Assembly (NCBI GenBank): GCA_002269645.1
Contig: NIVC01000374.1
Coordinates: forward strand, 372,001 to 436,000
DNA from: Macrostomum lignano
Lineage: Eukaryota
Length of the DNA: 64,000 bases
Direction of reading: 5' to 3'
The translations under genes and the position numbers were made by a program. The stretch's first letter is position 1. Each line of letters begins with the position of its first letter. Below the pieces are notes generated by a model. The model was not told the DNA's origin. It was given only the letters and a program-made list of their open reading frames with translations, and made no database searches. Positions 49,501 to 64,000 of this stretch are shown here, in pieces.

Positions 49501-49681
49501 TCCCATTGTGTCTCATCTCATCTAATCTCATCGCATCTCATCCTAATCGTGTCTCATCTCACCCATACTACATAATCTCGCCTATCATGTTTTGTATCAT
49601 CGCGGAATTCAAACATGCTCGCTCTATAGTCTCGCTTTTTAACTCGCTTTTATTTGTTTATATGAGTGTTTTTAATACTTC

Positions 49682-51903
49682 TGATGTAACCACGCTCTGG
49701 TCGCGGGATAGGGCATGGGAACTTTTTCGAAAGTGCCTCCTATCCCGTGCACCCTCTGCACAGAGCTGTCGAGACTCGGCCAGGTCTCCGACCGGGCCTG
49801 GAGACTCCCGCTCTGCTGCACCCCTCCTGCTGCCTTGGTCCCGTCTCTCCTGCCGCCACACCTGCCTTTCCGGAGCCCCTACCCCTTTCTGTACCTCCCC
49901 CTCTACCCTATCTCTTCTGTTCCCGCCCTATTCTTCCTGTACTTTCTCTACCTCCTCCCTTTTTTTGTCTCCCTCTGCACTCTTTTCCTGCGCTGTCCCC
50001 TCTTTCCCTGTGTCTACTTACAGTACTTTGTGTGCTCACCGTCTCCCCATCCCCTCTCAAACTCCCAAACGGTGACGCAAGTCGTGTGACCCCTTCTCCC
50101 CCTCGGTGACTCATCGATGACTCATCCCCTCTCTTGCGCAACCTTTTCTCACGCTATTGTTCTCCTTCCCAAATTTCTCATGTGACACCCACCCCACCTC
50201 CGCTTCTATTGTTCTCGTTTTTGCTTCTTTTGTTCTCTCGACCCCCACCAATTATCACATTTTCTCCGATTTTCTCTTTCTTTTGTTCTCGTTTTCGCAC
50301 CTAATTATCACCTTTTCTCCAATGTTTACTTTTCCATTGTTCTCAGTTTTCCCCAATTATCCCGATTTCCAATTCCTTTGTTCTCGACCCCAGCCCTATT
50401 GTTCTCAATGTTTGCTTGCGCAACACTTTCGCGACCACCCGCTGCGCCAATTATCCCCCCACCCCACCTCCGGATTGCGCAATTTCCCGATTTCTCATGT
50501 TGCTATGCCGGTCTCATGCTTCTCATCATGACTCATTCTGACGTCATTCTGCCGGCAGCCAATCAGAGAGAGGGAGCCATGGTAACGACCTTGAGGAGGC
50601 GGCTGTGAGGTCTATAAAAGGAAGCGATTTCGGCATGAGAATACTCAACTGAGTTTATCTCTGTTCCTCTCCTCGTCCTTCTTTGGACTTGCTGTCAGAT
50701 TGAGTTCTGACCCATTCGTCTATAAGACGAATCCCTGCCGGTCCGCGGTCTGTTATCGCCAAGTTATCCTTAGCTCCCCAAGTGAGCTCGCCTATCGGCC
50801 AGCGGTCTGATACCGCCCAGCATCATCAGCATCGCCTGATCTACATCAGCGCCTCGTCGCTCCAGCGCATCGCCGCTTCACCGTCTGCCTGACTGCAGCC
50901 TACAGCCGCCCTCGGTCACTCCGTCTCTCTCTCTCTCTCTCTCTGTGCAGCTGCCGGTAAGTTCCTGCTACTAATTTGTGCTCTAATTGCCTTTGCTTAT
51001 CCGGGGTTTGCCTATTTTCCATTGTCTGATTAGAGAGCTGAGCCAATTGTGATACCGTATCTTTTGCTGTATTTTACTCAATAGTGAAGCCGCCTAATTG
51101 CCTGCTTATTTGCCTAAGGGCCTAATTATTAACTATTAACTAACTTCATCATTATTCAATCTTTCACCATCATTTCACTCATGGCTTGCTAAGCCTTTCT
51201 CCCGGGGTGGCAAAGCATAAGGAAGTTTGGGTAAGCTAATGGCCTCTCCCCGTGCAAAGCCCGCCTGTGAGTGCGTGCTGCGGGGCCGCGTGTGCGTGCA
51301 GTAGAGGGATTAGCGAGTCTTGGCACAGAATGGCAGTAGGAAGGTTGCAACCCCATGCTAACGCGTCCCTTCGCCCTGAGCAATCTAAACTGTAGACAGT
51401 ACATGTTCGCCTCATACTACTCTAAGTAATCAAAGTCGCAAGTCAGCCTCGCTCACAGCCACAAAGGATCCCCTGCTGAGAAATCCTCCAGGATTGAGCC
51501 CAGAGTTCCCGATCATGCCCCAAGCAGAGTCCCTGTACTCGGCTGCATGCGTCTCCCCTGTTAGCCTAAATCCCCTGGTAACCAATCCAGGCGGGGCTCT
51601 AGCCTCGAGAGGTCTGGTAGAAAGATCCAGGTGCGCCAGGTCACATAGAGTGGTGGCAGCCACTCGGTCATACTATGACCGAGTGACCAACTATTGCACC
51701 TTGGCTACAGGTGGGGTCCATGTGGGTCCTTGGCCCTCTGGTCACGAAGCGCTACCAAAGCTACTAATCATGTGGGCGGGACAGTCTGGTGCTGGAGGTC
51801 CGTCAGGTCATTGCCCGGTCATAGGCAGCCTACGGTCATTGCCCCCTCTAGCCATGCGTTCGTCTCTCTACGGAGCGGACAGGCGACAAGGGCGGTTACA
51901 TCA
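49682..51903 (+). mobile_element. Long solo LTR (2222 bp), probably Ty3/gypsy-type, in DCX intron 2
   Basis: 10-bp terminal inverted repeat TGATGTAACC...GGTTACATCA (TG..CA) and 4-bp TSD CTTC (49678-49681 and 51904-51907). Internal promoter motifs are present; no gag/pol ORF. Confidence 0.82.
50529..50619 (+). promoter_or_regulatory. Pol II promoter cluster within the LTR
   Basis: TGACTCA (50529), TGACGTCA (50539), CCAAT (50559), CCATGGTAAC half X-box (about 50577) and TATAAAA (50613) in canonical order and spacing. Confidence 0.65.
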
Positions 51904-51941
51904 CTTCTAATTTTTTCCTAAATGGTTTTTTTAACCCGCAG

Positions 51942-52007
51942 ACAACAAGTTCATCAACGCCAACGTCAGGTCCCAGCATAACAACCGCACTCGAGCCAAT
52001 TCAACAG
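51942..52007 (+). CDS. Doublecortin-domain protein, exon 3
   Basis: ttaacccgcag|AC acceptor and G|gtgaga donor; 66 nt, phase 1/1. Encodes DNKFINANVRSQHNNRTRANST. Confidence 0.75.
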
Positions 52008-52094
52008 GTGAGAAATCGAGACTGGAGAATTACTTTCTAGTTTCCATGCGTTATACCTGCAACATCGTGTATCTATCTATCTCATCCTATCGCT

Positions 52095-52270
52095 AAAGTC
52101 ATATCTGCCATTCTTGGCGCTAAATTGGCGCTGAAGTCATGCCTACCATCTTGGCGCTAAATTGGCGCTGAAGTCATACCTGCCATTTTGACGCTAAATT
52201 GGCGCTGAAGTCATACCTGCCATTTTGGCGCTAAATTGGCGCTGAAGTCATTCCTGCCATTTCGGCGCTA
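52095..52270. repeat. 37-bp tandem repeat (CATTTTGGCGCTAAATTGGCGCTGAAGTCATACCTGC)
   Basis: About 4.5 copies. Confidence 0.9.
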
Positions 52271-52416
52271 ACATCCTCTTTTTAGTGACTGGAAACTAGG
52301 ACTCTTTTGCCCTACCTTGGGGACAAAGCTTTTTTTCCGAGGCACCTGCTTATTGCTATTGATTTTTCCTATGGAAACAAGCGCGCGTTGAACTCGACGA
52401 AATTTTCGCATTTCAG

Positions 52417-52460
52417 GCCCAGACACTCCGGCTGTCTCTCTGAAGCCGCCATCGATAAAG
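52417..52460 (+). CDS. Doublecortin-domain protein, exon 4 (micro-exon)
   Basis: ttcgcatttcag|GC acceptor and AAG|gtaaga donor. Encodes GPDTPAVSLKPPSIK; the phase fits exon 3. Confidence 0.65.
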
Positions 52461-53091
52461 GTAAGAAAAAATTTGAAGTAGCATTTGCTATCGTCATATT
52501 TAAGTTTAACAAAAAACTGGGCCGTTTTTGAACAAGGGGCCACAGGGGTCATACAGCAACTACGATCCAATTTTATAATGAATTGAACTAAACTATAAAC
52601 CTTGTTTAAATCTGTTTAAATTTGTTAAAATCTGTTTAAATCATGAATTTTTTCATGAGCTCCGTCGAGACCAGCCGATTGGGCATTTCTTAGAAACTCG
52701 CAGGGTTTTAAATTGAGGCTGAAGTTCCAGTTTTTTTGGTTTCTTGGCTCGCCACTCAACGCCCCAGAAGTTTTTTCTTTTTTTCAATTAAGAAATTTCC
52801 CTACAAAATAAGAAGAAACGGCAAATCGAAGGGTGTCGAGCACGAGCATAATGCGACTAGAAAGAAACTGTTGCGCTTTTCAAGCTACTTGAGCGCACTG
52901 CGGTGCAGGAAATTCTGTACCTGGGAAACGGTTTCAGCTACACCTTGCGGCGCTGCAGAGGTAACCTTATTAAGGAGAAATTGCTACTTAAAGGTAGAAT
53001 TTGCGCAGGAGAAGTGAAGTCTGCTTTTCGGTATAAAATAATATTTAATTGGCCGGAATTTTGTATGAATGTAGCTCTCTGTAGGCTACAG

Positions 53092-53478
53092 GCGGCTGAT
53101 CCTATTGAACCTGTCTGCAAACTGTTTGTTTCCAAGGCGCAGCAGAGGCGGATGCACAGCTCTTCGCCGTTGCTTGAAGAGAAACAAACCGGAACTGCGC
53201 CAGATGAGGAAGTCAGCGAGCCGGAAGTGCAGCAGCCGGGAACACCGTCTGCTTCTTCAACGATATCCTCCACTGTTGCGGCTAATCGGCCGCTTAGCAA
53301 CGGGAAGCTGAGCGCTTCATCGCGCTGCTCTAATAGAGAATTTAGCGATGCTGTCGCCCAGGCGGAGCAGTCCTTTGACCGGCTGACCGACCAGATCTCT
53401 GCGGAGTTGGCTTCGTCTGCCAGCCTCAATGGCAGCTGCGGCGGCAGACAGGAGTTGATGAAGCCGACAACTGGCTGA
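53092..53478 (+). CDS. Doublecortin-domain protein, terminal exon (Ser/Pro-rich tail)
   Basis: Phase-0 acceptor ctacag|GCG. Encodes AADPIEPVCKLF...GRQELMKPTTG*. The nearby tgtag| acceptor would give an early stop (ATGG*). Confidence 0.65.
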   Translation, partial: AADPIEPVCKLFVSKAQQRRMHSSSPLLEEKQTGTAPDEEVSEPEVQQPGTPSASSTISSTVAANRPLSNGKLSASSRCSNREFSDAVAQAEQSFDRLTDQISAELASSASLNGSCGGRQELMKPTTG

Positions 53479-53494
53479 TCGGCGAAATGGCTCA

Positions 53495-53970
53495 GATGGA
53501 TTGCTAGTCTAGCCTATGAGCGAAGGAATGATGGATTGCTAGTCTAGCCTATGAGCGAAGGAATAATGGATTGCTAGTATAGCCTATGAGCGAAGGAATG
53601 ATGGATTGCTAGTCTAGCCTATGAGCGAAGGAATGATGGATTGCTAGTCTAGCCTATGAGCGAAGGAATGATGGATTGCTAGTCTAGCCTATGAGCGAGG
53701 GAATAATGGATTGCTAGTCTAGCCTATGAGCGAGGGAATAATGGATTGCTATAGTCTAGCCTATGAGCGAGGGAATAATGGATTGCTAGTCTAGCCTATG
53801 AGCGAGGGAATAATGGATTGCTAGTCTAGCCTATGAGCGAGGGAATAATGGATTGCTATAGTCTAGCCTATGAGCGAGGGAATAATGGATTGCTAGTCTA
53901 GCCTATGAGCGAGGGAATAATGGATTGCTATATGAGCGAGTCTATATGAGCGAAGGATTTATGGATTGCC
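53495..53970. repeat. Minisatellite of about 35 bp (GATGGATTGCTAGTCTAGCCTATGAGCGAAGGAAT) just after the DCX stop codon
   Basis: About 13 tandem copies. Confidence 0.94.
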
Positions 53971-55370
53971 AGCTAGTTTAGCCTAAATAAAAATGCGTTT
54001 TTACTACTCATCTGGCATGCCTAATGTTACACTAAAATTACTGTATTAAATTGCACGAATCATCGCCAAAAACAGAGCATTGTTGTCCGTTTTTTTCATT
54101 AAACTCGCAACTTTTTCTAATGATCCGGTCCCCATGATCCAAATATGTTCAAAACGAGCGCAAAACAAATTTTAATTTGTTTAAATTGTTTATCTGCAAT
54201 CGATCCGGTCGCCAAACATTGGCACTCAATGGCGCACCGAAGCTCTGCCAACCGAATTACCTCAAATTGTAAACTAGCTAGCTACTTTAAGTAGAGAATA
54301 TCGCATCCAGCTGTTTGATGAAACCTAATAAAAAGATGTTTGAGTAAATGCTGTCGATCGTTCTTACATGTACGTATTAGAAATCAATTTTTAAAAAACC
54401 TGCCTGTTTTAATTTACCATTTATAATTTTCTTTTTCATTTGTAACGCAGTTTAAAATACACGCAATAACTGCAATTATTACTTAATTTGGTTAATTAAA
54501 TAAAACTGCGTTGGCAACGCAAGTTCTGGCAATAAAAATTTTTACTTAATCGGACTCGTCGCGAAAAAAATTGCACTAAAATTATTTAAATTTTTAATTT
54601 AACGTTTTATTAAATTATTTTTTTGTTTAAATGGCTTGCCACGTATTATCAGTAGACTATAGTTAATTAATATAAAGTTGTAAGAAATATATTTTTATAA
54701 AGAAATAGGCTATAGGATAATTAGATAGTTTGGTAATTATCGATTGATAAAGAGCCGTTGTAACAATTGCATGAAAAATGTTTCCCTATTGCTCATTTTT
54801 CGATTGATAATAAAATAAGTAAATATTGTGCTTTCTATTTGTTTCATTAGTATACTAAATATCAGTTAGTCAGGAGTCTCCGAACAAAAGCAGAAATGAT
54901 TGTAAATTTTTCATTATAATTTATTTTTAACAATTGGCAGAAAGGCAAAGTCTCCAATCTAGCTATGCTACTGCAAGCAGTGCAACACACATTTACAATA
55001 CGCGTATATATATATTTAAAAGCGAAAAATCAGACATCGCTTACTTGGCAAATGTTACATGGAGAATGAGCTCTATTTTGTAAACAGAAAATCACAGCAG
55101 CAAAAAATGTTTTTTATGCACCCGTTGTTATTAGCTACAGATAGCCAGCTAATTCAGTGCCGCATAGATTGTGCAACTATATTGCATGTAGCTAACGCAA
55201 AATTAACTTTTTAACTTTTTTGAAGTCATTCGATAATAGTGGGTTGGTCATTGAACACAAGGGCCGAACATCTCGGGGGAACATCCCGAATGTCCACGCG
55301 GCAAGTTTCGACAAAAACAAATCTGATTAAAATTGTGCAGCAATGTATAAAAAAACATTGTTCCACTTAA

Positions 55371-55669
55371 TTAGGTGTGCAAGTTTAGCCCGCTCGCAGC
55401 AGCTTGAAACAATTGCCAGAGAGTTGCTTCCTCGGTGCCTGCGCTGCTGGCAGCTGGCCGCTCCGCCTGCTGGTGCTGCTTCGCGTGGCTCAGGTGCTGC
55501 CTGGCGCACGCCGTGGAGTGTCCGCACAGCTCGCAGACGTGCAGCTTCTCTCGGCGCTCCTTGTGCCCGAAGCCCAGCGCCCGGCCGTGCAGCTTGCGAG
55601 CGTGCGACTCCAGGGAGCAGCGCTGGGTAAAGGCTTTGCCGCAGTCGGTGCACTTGTAGGGCCGGACGC
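55371..55669 (-). CDS. ovo: Ovo/shavenbaby-like C2H2 zinc-finger transcription factor, terminal exon (ZF3-4)
   Basis: tatccgcag|GC acceptor. GVRPYKCTDCGKAFTQRCSLESHARKLH..KERREKLHVCELCGHST matches the Ovo signature FTQRCSLESH..KERR.K.YVCEECG. TAA at 55371. Confidence 0.93.
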
Positions 55670-56029
55670 CTGCGGATAGAGTGGATCGGAGGAGTTGGGT
55701 TTGCAGTGTTGTCTGAGTCTGATCTCAGCTCGTTTCAACTATTCTCAATCTCAATTGAACTGTTAAGTTTTGATGTCGACGGGAAAGATAATTTTCGCGG
55801 TTTTCTTTCCTTTCAAAAAGGTGATCTTTTGCCCATGAAGCTGAAGTTTATAAAAGAAGCTGCACAGCTCAAGTACGCTTTTTTATTTTGCTCAAACTAT
55901 GTTTGCACAGCTCTGGTTCAATCTTGATCGATATCTGCTTTTACTGTCCCTCTCATGCAGGTTTCTACTCTTGACTGCAGCATTGCTCTATCCCTTCTCT
56001 CCCCTTACACTTCTCTACCATTGCACCCC

Positions 56030-56578
56030 TCTCCTTTTACACCCCTCTCCTTTAACACCCCTCTCCCTTTACACCCCTCTCCCTTTACACCCCTCTCCCT
56101 TTTACACCCCTCTCCCTTTACACCCCTCTCCCTTTACACCCCTCTCCTTTAACACCCCTCTCCCTTTACACCCCTCTCCTTTTACACCCCTCTCCCTTTT
56201 ACACCCCTCTCCCTTTACACCCCTCTCCTTTTACACCCCTCTCCTTTTACACCCCTCTCCCTTTTACACCCCTCTCCCTTTACACCCCTCTCCTTTTACA
56301 CCCCTCTCCCCTTACACCCCTCTCCCTTTACACCCCTCTCCCTTTGCACCTCTCCCTTTACACCCCTCTCCCTTTGCACCCTCTCCCTTTGCACCCCTCT
56401 CCCTTTGCACCCTCTCCATTTGCACCCTCTCCTTTTGCACCCCTCTCCCTTTACACCCCTCTCCCTTTACACCTCTCTCCCTTTACACCCCTCTCCCCTT
56501 ACACCCCTCTCCCCTTACACCCTCTCCCTTTACACCCCTGTCCCCTACACCCCTCTCCCTTTACACCCCTCTCCCCTT
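56030..56578. repeat. 16-bp pyrimidine-rich minisatellite (TTTACACCCCTCTCCC)
   Basis: About 33 copies. Confidence 0.95.
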
Positions 56579-59224
56579 ATTTGATGACCCATTATCTTCT
56601 CCTCATATCCTTCGGCATTATCTATCTTCACTTTAGAAAAGATCTCATGTTGGAATTAAAATATTCAACTGTTGCAGCTAAAAACTGGCATTTTAGCTGC
56701 TAACTTTCTCTAGAGAAATCGTATTCGTTTCCATTTTACTGAGCACGTCTGCACTCAATCATAAAACGCTATAAGTTTGTCAAACTATTCTGTTTATTTT
56801 TCCGCTTGGATAGGCGGGCGGGACAACTGCCTTGTCCCATAGCTATTATAGTTTGCTAACATTATAGCCTGAGTTAGCTTTAATTTGTCATTTTTGCCCC
56901 ACCACAATGCACTGCAGTAAGCCGTGTCTCTAACTGAACTAACACAAGAGTAACTGGTTTCTCCTTTTTCGTCTTGCTTGATAACTTTTGTTATGCTCTG
57001 CAAAAGGCTCACCGAAGCGAAACGATGATACGCAGTCACCGTGAGAGCTCTCTTTCTCTCTCCATCTCTGTCCTAGCAGTGAGCAGTAAAGCGAGTGAAG
57101 ATTTATCAATTGTACAGCAGTAGCAGCTTAGAATTATCTTTTTGGAATTCAGAGTCTGCTTTGAGAGGTATTTTCTGTTTTCTCTGTAGCGTCGAGTCAG
57201 CGGATGGGTATAGTAAAGCATTCGAGAGAAGGGGGGGGGTTTATGATACCTGTCTAATTGCGACCGCTTCGTTGATTTCACCGCGTGAGCCTCGCGAAAC
57301 TTACCTTTCTCTTTCTCTCTCGCTTCTCAACTTCCATGATAAGAAATAAAGAGCGCGAACTTTTGCTTACCTGGGTGAGCAATTAAAATTTAAAAAATTA
57401 GATAGACATCTAGTCGGCGTCTTTGTGGCTTCTTAATGCAATAAAACTGCAGAGTTTTTATAGCTTATCATAATTTTTATGATTGCACAAATACGCAATC
57501 AGGAATAGCAAGACAAAATGTTAATTTGCTTTCTTGAAACTTTTTTTATGGTGACTCCAACAATGATGGGGGTTCTACGTGCACTGAAGTTTATTTATTC
57601 CAACATTACCCAAGAGTTTTAAATCTATGTAGCTGGAATTTGAAAGCTCATACGATGAGATATCGGGCAATAATTCAATTTAGATGGACAGAAAAAGTGC
57701 CGCAAGACTTCAGTGTTCTTAAATCTCTTTGTATGAATACATAAAATTTCATAATCCATATTATAGATCTAGAACCCCATGGACAATTGGAAAAGTGTCA
57801 CAATCCAGATGTTACATCTGGAACTCCATGGATAGTTAATAAAGGGGTGTCACAGTCCAGATTTTATTAGAACTAGGACTCCTCTCAGATATCAGATCTA
57901 GAGCTCCATGGGTGGCTAAGGCGTTGGCAATTTCCAATTTTGAAAGCTCGAAAAGTGAAGTCCCATCCCAGACTCAACAATTTAGTACTCCATGGCTAAA
58001 TAGCAATTCACAAGAGCCCTCTCAATTTGTGAGTCACACACGCACACTTGCAAATTGCAACGGTAAACAACTATACAGGTAAGATTTTTAATTAGGACTT
58101 GACAGAACCGGCACAACTCTCAGGATAAGGGACAGCCGCAGGCATGCTCAATCCAAAATAATGACGATTGTGTTCTCAGAACACGCGAGTAGCGTGGAGT
58201 AAATTTTTTTTTGGGGGGGGGGCTACTCAAGTAGCTCTTGAGCACTGTATACTACATAAGTGTAGTAGACCTCTAAGTAGCGTCTGGGCCCGCTTATTTC
58301 AAGAGACATGTAAGTTCTCAGTGCTATACAAGGATAGCAATAGCACACTGAGCCAGTTTGGCCCCACCTGCGTTGGTGGTCTGAGTCGGGGACTCTAGCT
58401 GGTGCCATCTAATTAAGAGAATCAAGGTGCAGCATCTGCTTGAACCGCAAGCCCACTAATTGCTATAATTGCTCGGCCATCTACCGCCGCGTGCAGAAAT
58501 TCAGATTAGCGGACCAGAATAGCCTGCTCTGAGAGACTGAGCGAGCAGCAGTGCTTTGCCCCCCACGAGCAACATGTTGCACGCAGAGATAATGGAGCAC
58601 TGTTCGCATCTTACATGCGCTCTGGGAGTTCGGCTTAATAAGGGCATGCCCAGCTAGAGAATTTCTTTTCTTTCAGCAAAGTTTCCGGGGCTTTTAGTGC
58701 AGTAAAAGTAAGCGATGAAAGATTTGTGTTCATATCGAACAAGTGTGTGCTCAAATTTCGGACATATATTCTCAAATTTCGGACAAATATGCTTAAATTA
58801 AGGATGGTTGTGCTAAAATATCATTACAAAATTCTCCACACAAAAGGCACAGCGGCTTGAAATAAAATGTGACTAATATGTTTACCGCATATTAAGGTTC
58901 GAGCAAGCCAGCTCGTACATAAGTTCGTCAACAAGTTCAGTCAGCCCAGTTGGCTGCCTTCGAGCTGCAGCCCAGCACACAAAGCCATATAAAAGCCATT
59001 AAGGCGCAGCTGTTTCCCACGATTTCGCGCTTGCGTATTGGCTCAAATTTAGACAATAAATAAAAGAATCAGAGCGCCAAGCTTGATGTCACAATGCAGT
59101 GAGCGGCCCCCAAAATGATAAAAACGGTTTATTAGCTGGACGGAATATTCACCTTATAACAGTTTTTGTGTGTTTAAGTGTAGTGAAATTCGCGTCTCTC
59201 GGAGGCTTTTAAAGCTTTCTTTTA

Positions 59225-61612
<2,388 letters not shown>

Positions 61613-61815
61613 CTTCTCTAACGCTGCTAACTTTGCATCTATAGGCACTCAGGCAATCCCTCTAACTCATCTAATGGCGCCCCCTCTGGCGCCTCTGCTT
61701 CTGTCACCTTAACAGACACCAACGGCTACCATCCTACCAATAAAAATTCTTTAAATCCATCCCTAACCTCAGCCTGCACGAAAGTTATATTCGATCATGA
61801 ACCATGTTTGCTCAC

Positions 61816-61975
61816 CTAGTCCGCCTCTCTGTGCACCACTGGCGCGTCGACACTCGGCCTCAGCCAGGGGGTTTTTTACGCCATTGCCGTTGTTGACAAA
61901 TTGAATTTGCAGCTGCTGCGGCTGCGGCTGCTGTTGCGATGTGCCAGGGATGTACGGATACGGGGTTGCTTCGCA
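61816..61975 (-). CDS. ovo: Ovo-like transcription factor, exon with the conserved pre-ZF motif
   Basis: caattttcag|TGC acceptor and CTA G|gtgagc donor. QIQFVNNGNGVKNPLA resembles the Ovo/Svb (L/I)EF.NGGHGIKNPL motif. Phases 0/1 fit both neighbours. Confidence 0.88.
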
Positions 61976-62029
61976 CTGAAAATTGTGGAGATTTGGAGAT
62001 TGAACTCAATACTTTGAATACTTTGGGTT

Positions 62030-62615
62030 GAGACAAATAGATACTCGAGGGTTGAGACTAATAGATACTCGAGGGTTAAGACTAATGGGAACTCAGGGGT
62101 GAGACAAATAGATACTCGAGGGTTGAGACAAATAGATACTCGAGGGTTGAGACTAATAGATACTCGAGGGTTAAGACTAATGGGAACTCAGGGGTGAGAC
62201 AAATAGATACTCGAGGGTTGAGACTAATAGATACTCGAGGGTTAAGACTAATGGGAACTCAGGGGTGAGACAAATAGATACTCGAGGGTTGAGACTAATA
62301 GATACTCGAGGGTTAAGACTAATGGGAACTCAGGGGTGAGACAAATAGATACTCGAGGGTTGAGACTAATAGATACTCGAGGGTTAAGACTAATGGGAAC
62401 TCAGGGTTGAGACTAATAGATACTCGAGGGTTAAGACTAATGGGAACTCAGGGGTGAGACAAATAGATACTCGAAGGTTGAGACTAATAGATACTCGAGG
62501 GTTGAGACAAATAGATACTCGAGGGTTGAGACTAATAGATACTCGAGGGTGAGACTAATAGATACTCGAGGGTGAGACTAAAAGATACTCAGGGGAGAGA
62601 CTAAAGATACTCGTG
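62030..62615. repeat. 24-25-bp minisatellite (GAGACTAATAGATACTCGAGGGTT) with alternating variants
   Basis: About 24 copies in an ovo intron. Confidence 0.95.
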
Positions 62616-62646
62616 GGGTGAGATTTGAGTGCAGAATCGGACTCAC

Positions 62647-62942
62647 AGCGCCAGTGGGCTGCAGAGCATTCCAGTAGCTGTACATCATCAGCATTTGCTG
62701 CTGCTGCTCACGATGCTGCCTCTCGTAATGCTTCCAAGCCAGCTCAACAGCAGTCGCGTTGGCACTGGTTGTCATGGCAACGCTGGCGTTGGGCGGCGAA
62801 AACGACGAAACAGTCGAGCTGTTTTTGTCGCTATGGTGAGAAGCGTTCGAACCCAGGATGTTGCTGATGCCGAATTTCAACTGATTGCGCTGTTGCTGAT
62901 GGAGGGTGGCGGCGTCTTCAAAGGCTGGTGACGTCCTGGAGG
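62647..62942 (-). CDS. ovo: Ovo-like transcription factor, upstream exon (eh1-like motif); first exon not found in the window
   Basis: accgctgcag|CC acceptor (phase 1) and GCT|gtgagt donor (phase 0). Encodes SRTSPAFEDAATLHQQQRNQLKFGISNILG...WNALQPTGA. Confidence 0.75.
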
Positions 62943-63769
62943 CTGCAGCGGTGTGTTAGAAAACTTGGGATTAGAAACATAGGAAGTAGCACTAGATCAT
63001 TGTCAGTGAGATTAGATCTTTGTCAAGGGAGACTAGATCCACTTTAAGGGAGATTAGCTCCCTGTCGAGTGAGATTAGATCATTTTCAGGTGAGATTAGA
63101 TCCCTGTCAAGGAAGATTAGTTTCTTATCGAATGAGATGAAATTGCAGTCTTACGAATGGTTGAGCTACCAAGGCTGTTGGGCGATGAGCACTGACTCAT
63201 GGTCCTTCTGTTTGCTTATGTCAGCTTAAAAATTGGAAGTTTTAATTTAAAAAGAAGAGTTTTCTTTTTTTAACGGTAATTTCTTGTTTTAAAAAGAGAA
63301 TCATTGCTAACCTATTTATGGTAACCTGAGCATCATCTCGAATTGGCATTGTTCATAGGAGCGCAGAAATGACACAACCACCCCTCATTAAAGAAGCTCG
63401 ATTGGATGGCACAGACAATGCGCATTGTGATGCGGTGGGAGCTGCTAAAAGCAGTTGTTGGGCTCTGTGCCACCTGCAATAATGGTGAGATGCTTTCGAG
63501 CTCGACATTTTATTGAGCTGCACTGGCCTTAACTTTATGGCATGATGCTCAATATAGATGCATTTACGATTGTACCGATTTTGTTGGTGGATGGAGGAGG
63601 GCAGATTTTATTGGGACTCGGGGGCCACCGGGGGTCACCGGGGGTCAACGGGGGTCACCGGGGGTCACCGTTGACTCTAAGACTTTTATTTGGTAGTTTG
63701 AATTACGCGGATTTTGCTGACTTTGCCAAAGCTGCCGTTTCTGCTCTCAATTGGAACCCTGAGGCCCAG

Positions 63770-63965
<196 letters not shown>

Positions 63966-64000
63966 AGTCTATCTACTATTCTACCACACATTGCTACGCC

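Noticed and set aside
49443-51921. Several ORFs within the LTR, as gag/env remnants
   Set aside because: Low-complexity pyrimidine-rich translations with no CCHC, protease, RT or integrase motifs.
55899-56703. TPLPLHPSPF repeat ORFs
   Set aside because: Translation of the 16-bp intronic minisatellite in ovo.

Overview
Intron-rich eukaryotic genomic DNA with GC-rich exons, AT-rich introns and many intronic minisatellites. The style and a spliced-leader-like remnant point to a free-living flatworm such as Macrostomum (inference). Six spliced genes can be rebuilt from GT-AG sites and frame continuity: CCDC81 (-, 12458-4166, 11 exons, two acceptors uncertain); a two-exon secreted prepropeptide (+, 23922-24496) with 10 dibasic-flanked I(L/R)RDPMID copies that the ORF track only partly shows; an AGPAT3/4-type acyltransferase (-, 31955-29218); a short polycystin/TRPP-family channel subunit (-, 40744-37258); a kinase-less doublecortin-domain protein (+, 45956-53478); and an ovo/shavenbaby zinc-finger factor (-, 62942-55371, 5' end not found). 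Mobile DNA includes two hAT derivatives with 8-bp TSDs, a TA-flanked MITE, a 2.2-kb solo LTR with a 4-bp TSD, and decayed CMC-type transposase and RTE-LINE fragments. Best leads: the candidate neuropeptide precursor; at least nine RFX X-box motifs, mostly inside coding exons; an SL-like sequence without a splice donor; a 1.7-kb stretch with no CpG; and an intronic LTR promoter with a splice donor. All calls are by-eye reading and recalled family motifs; no searches were run.
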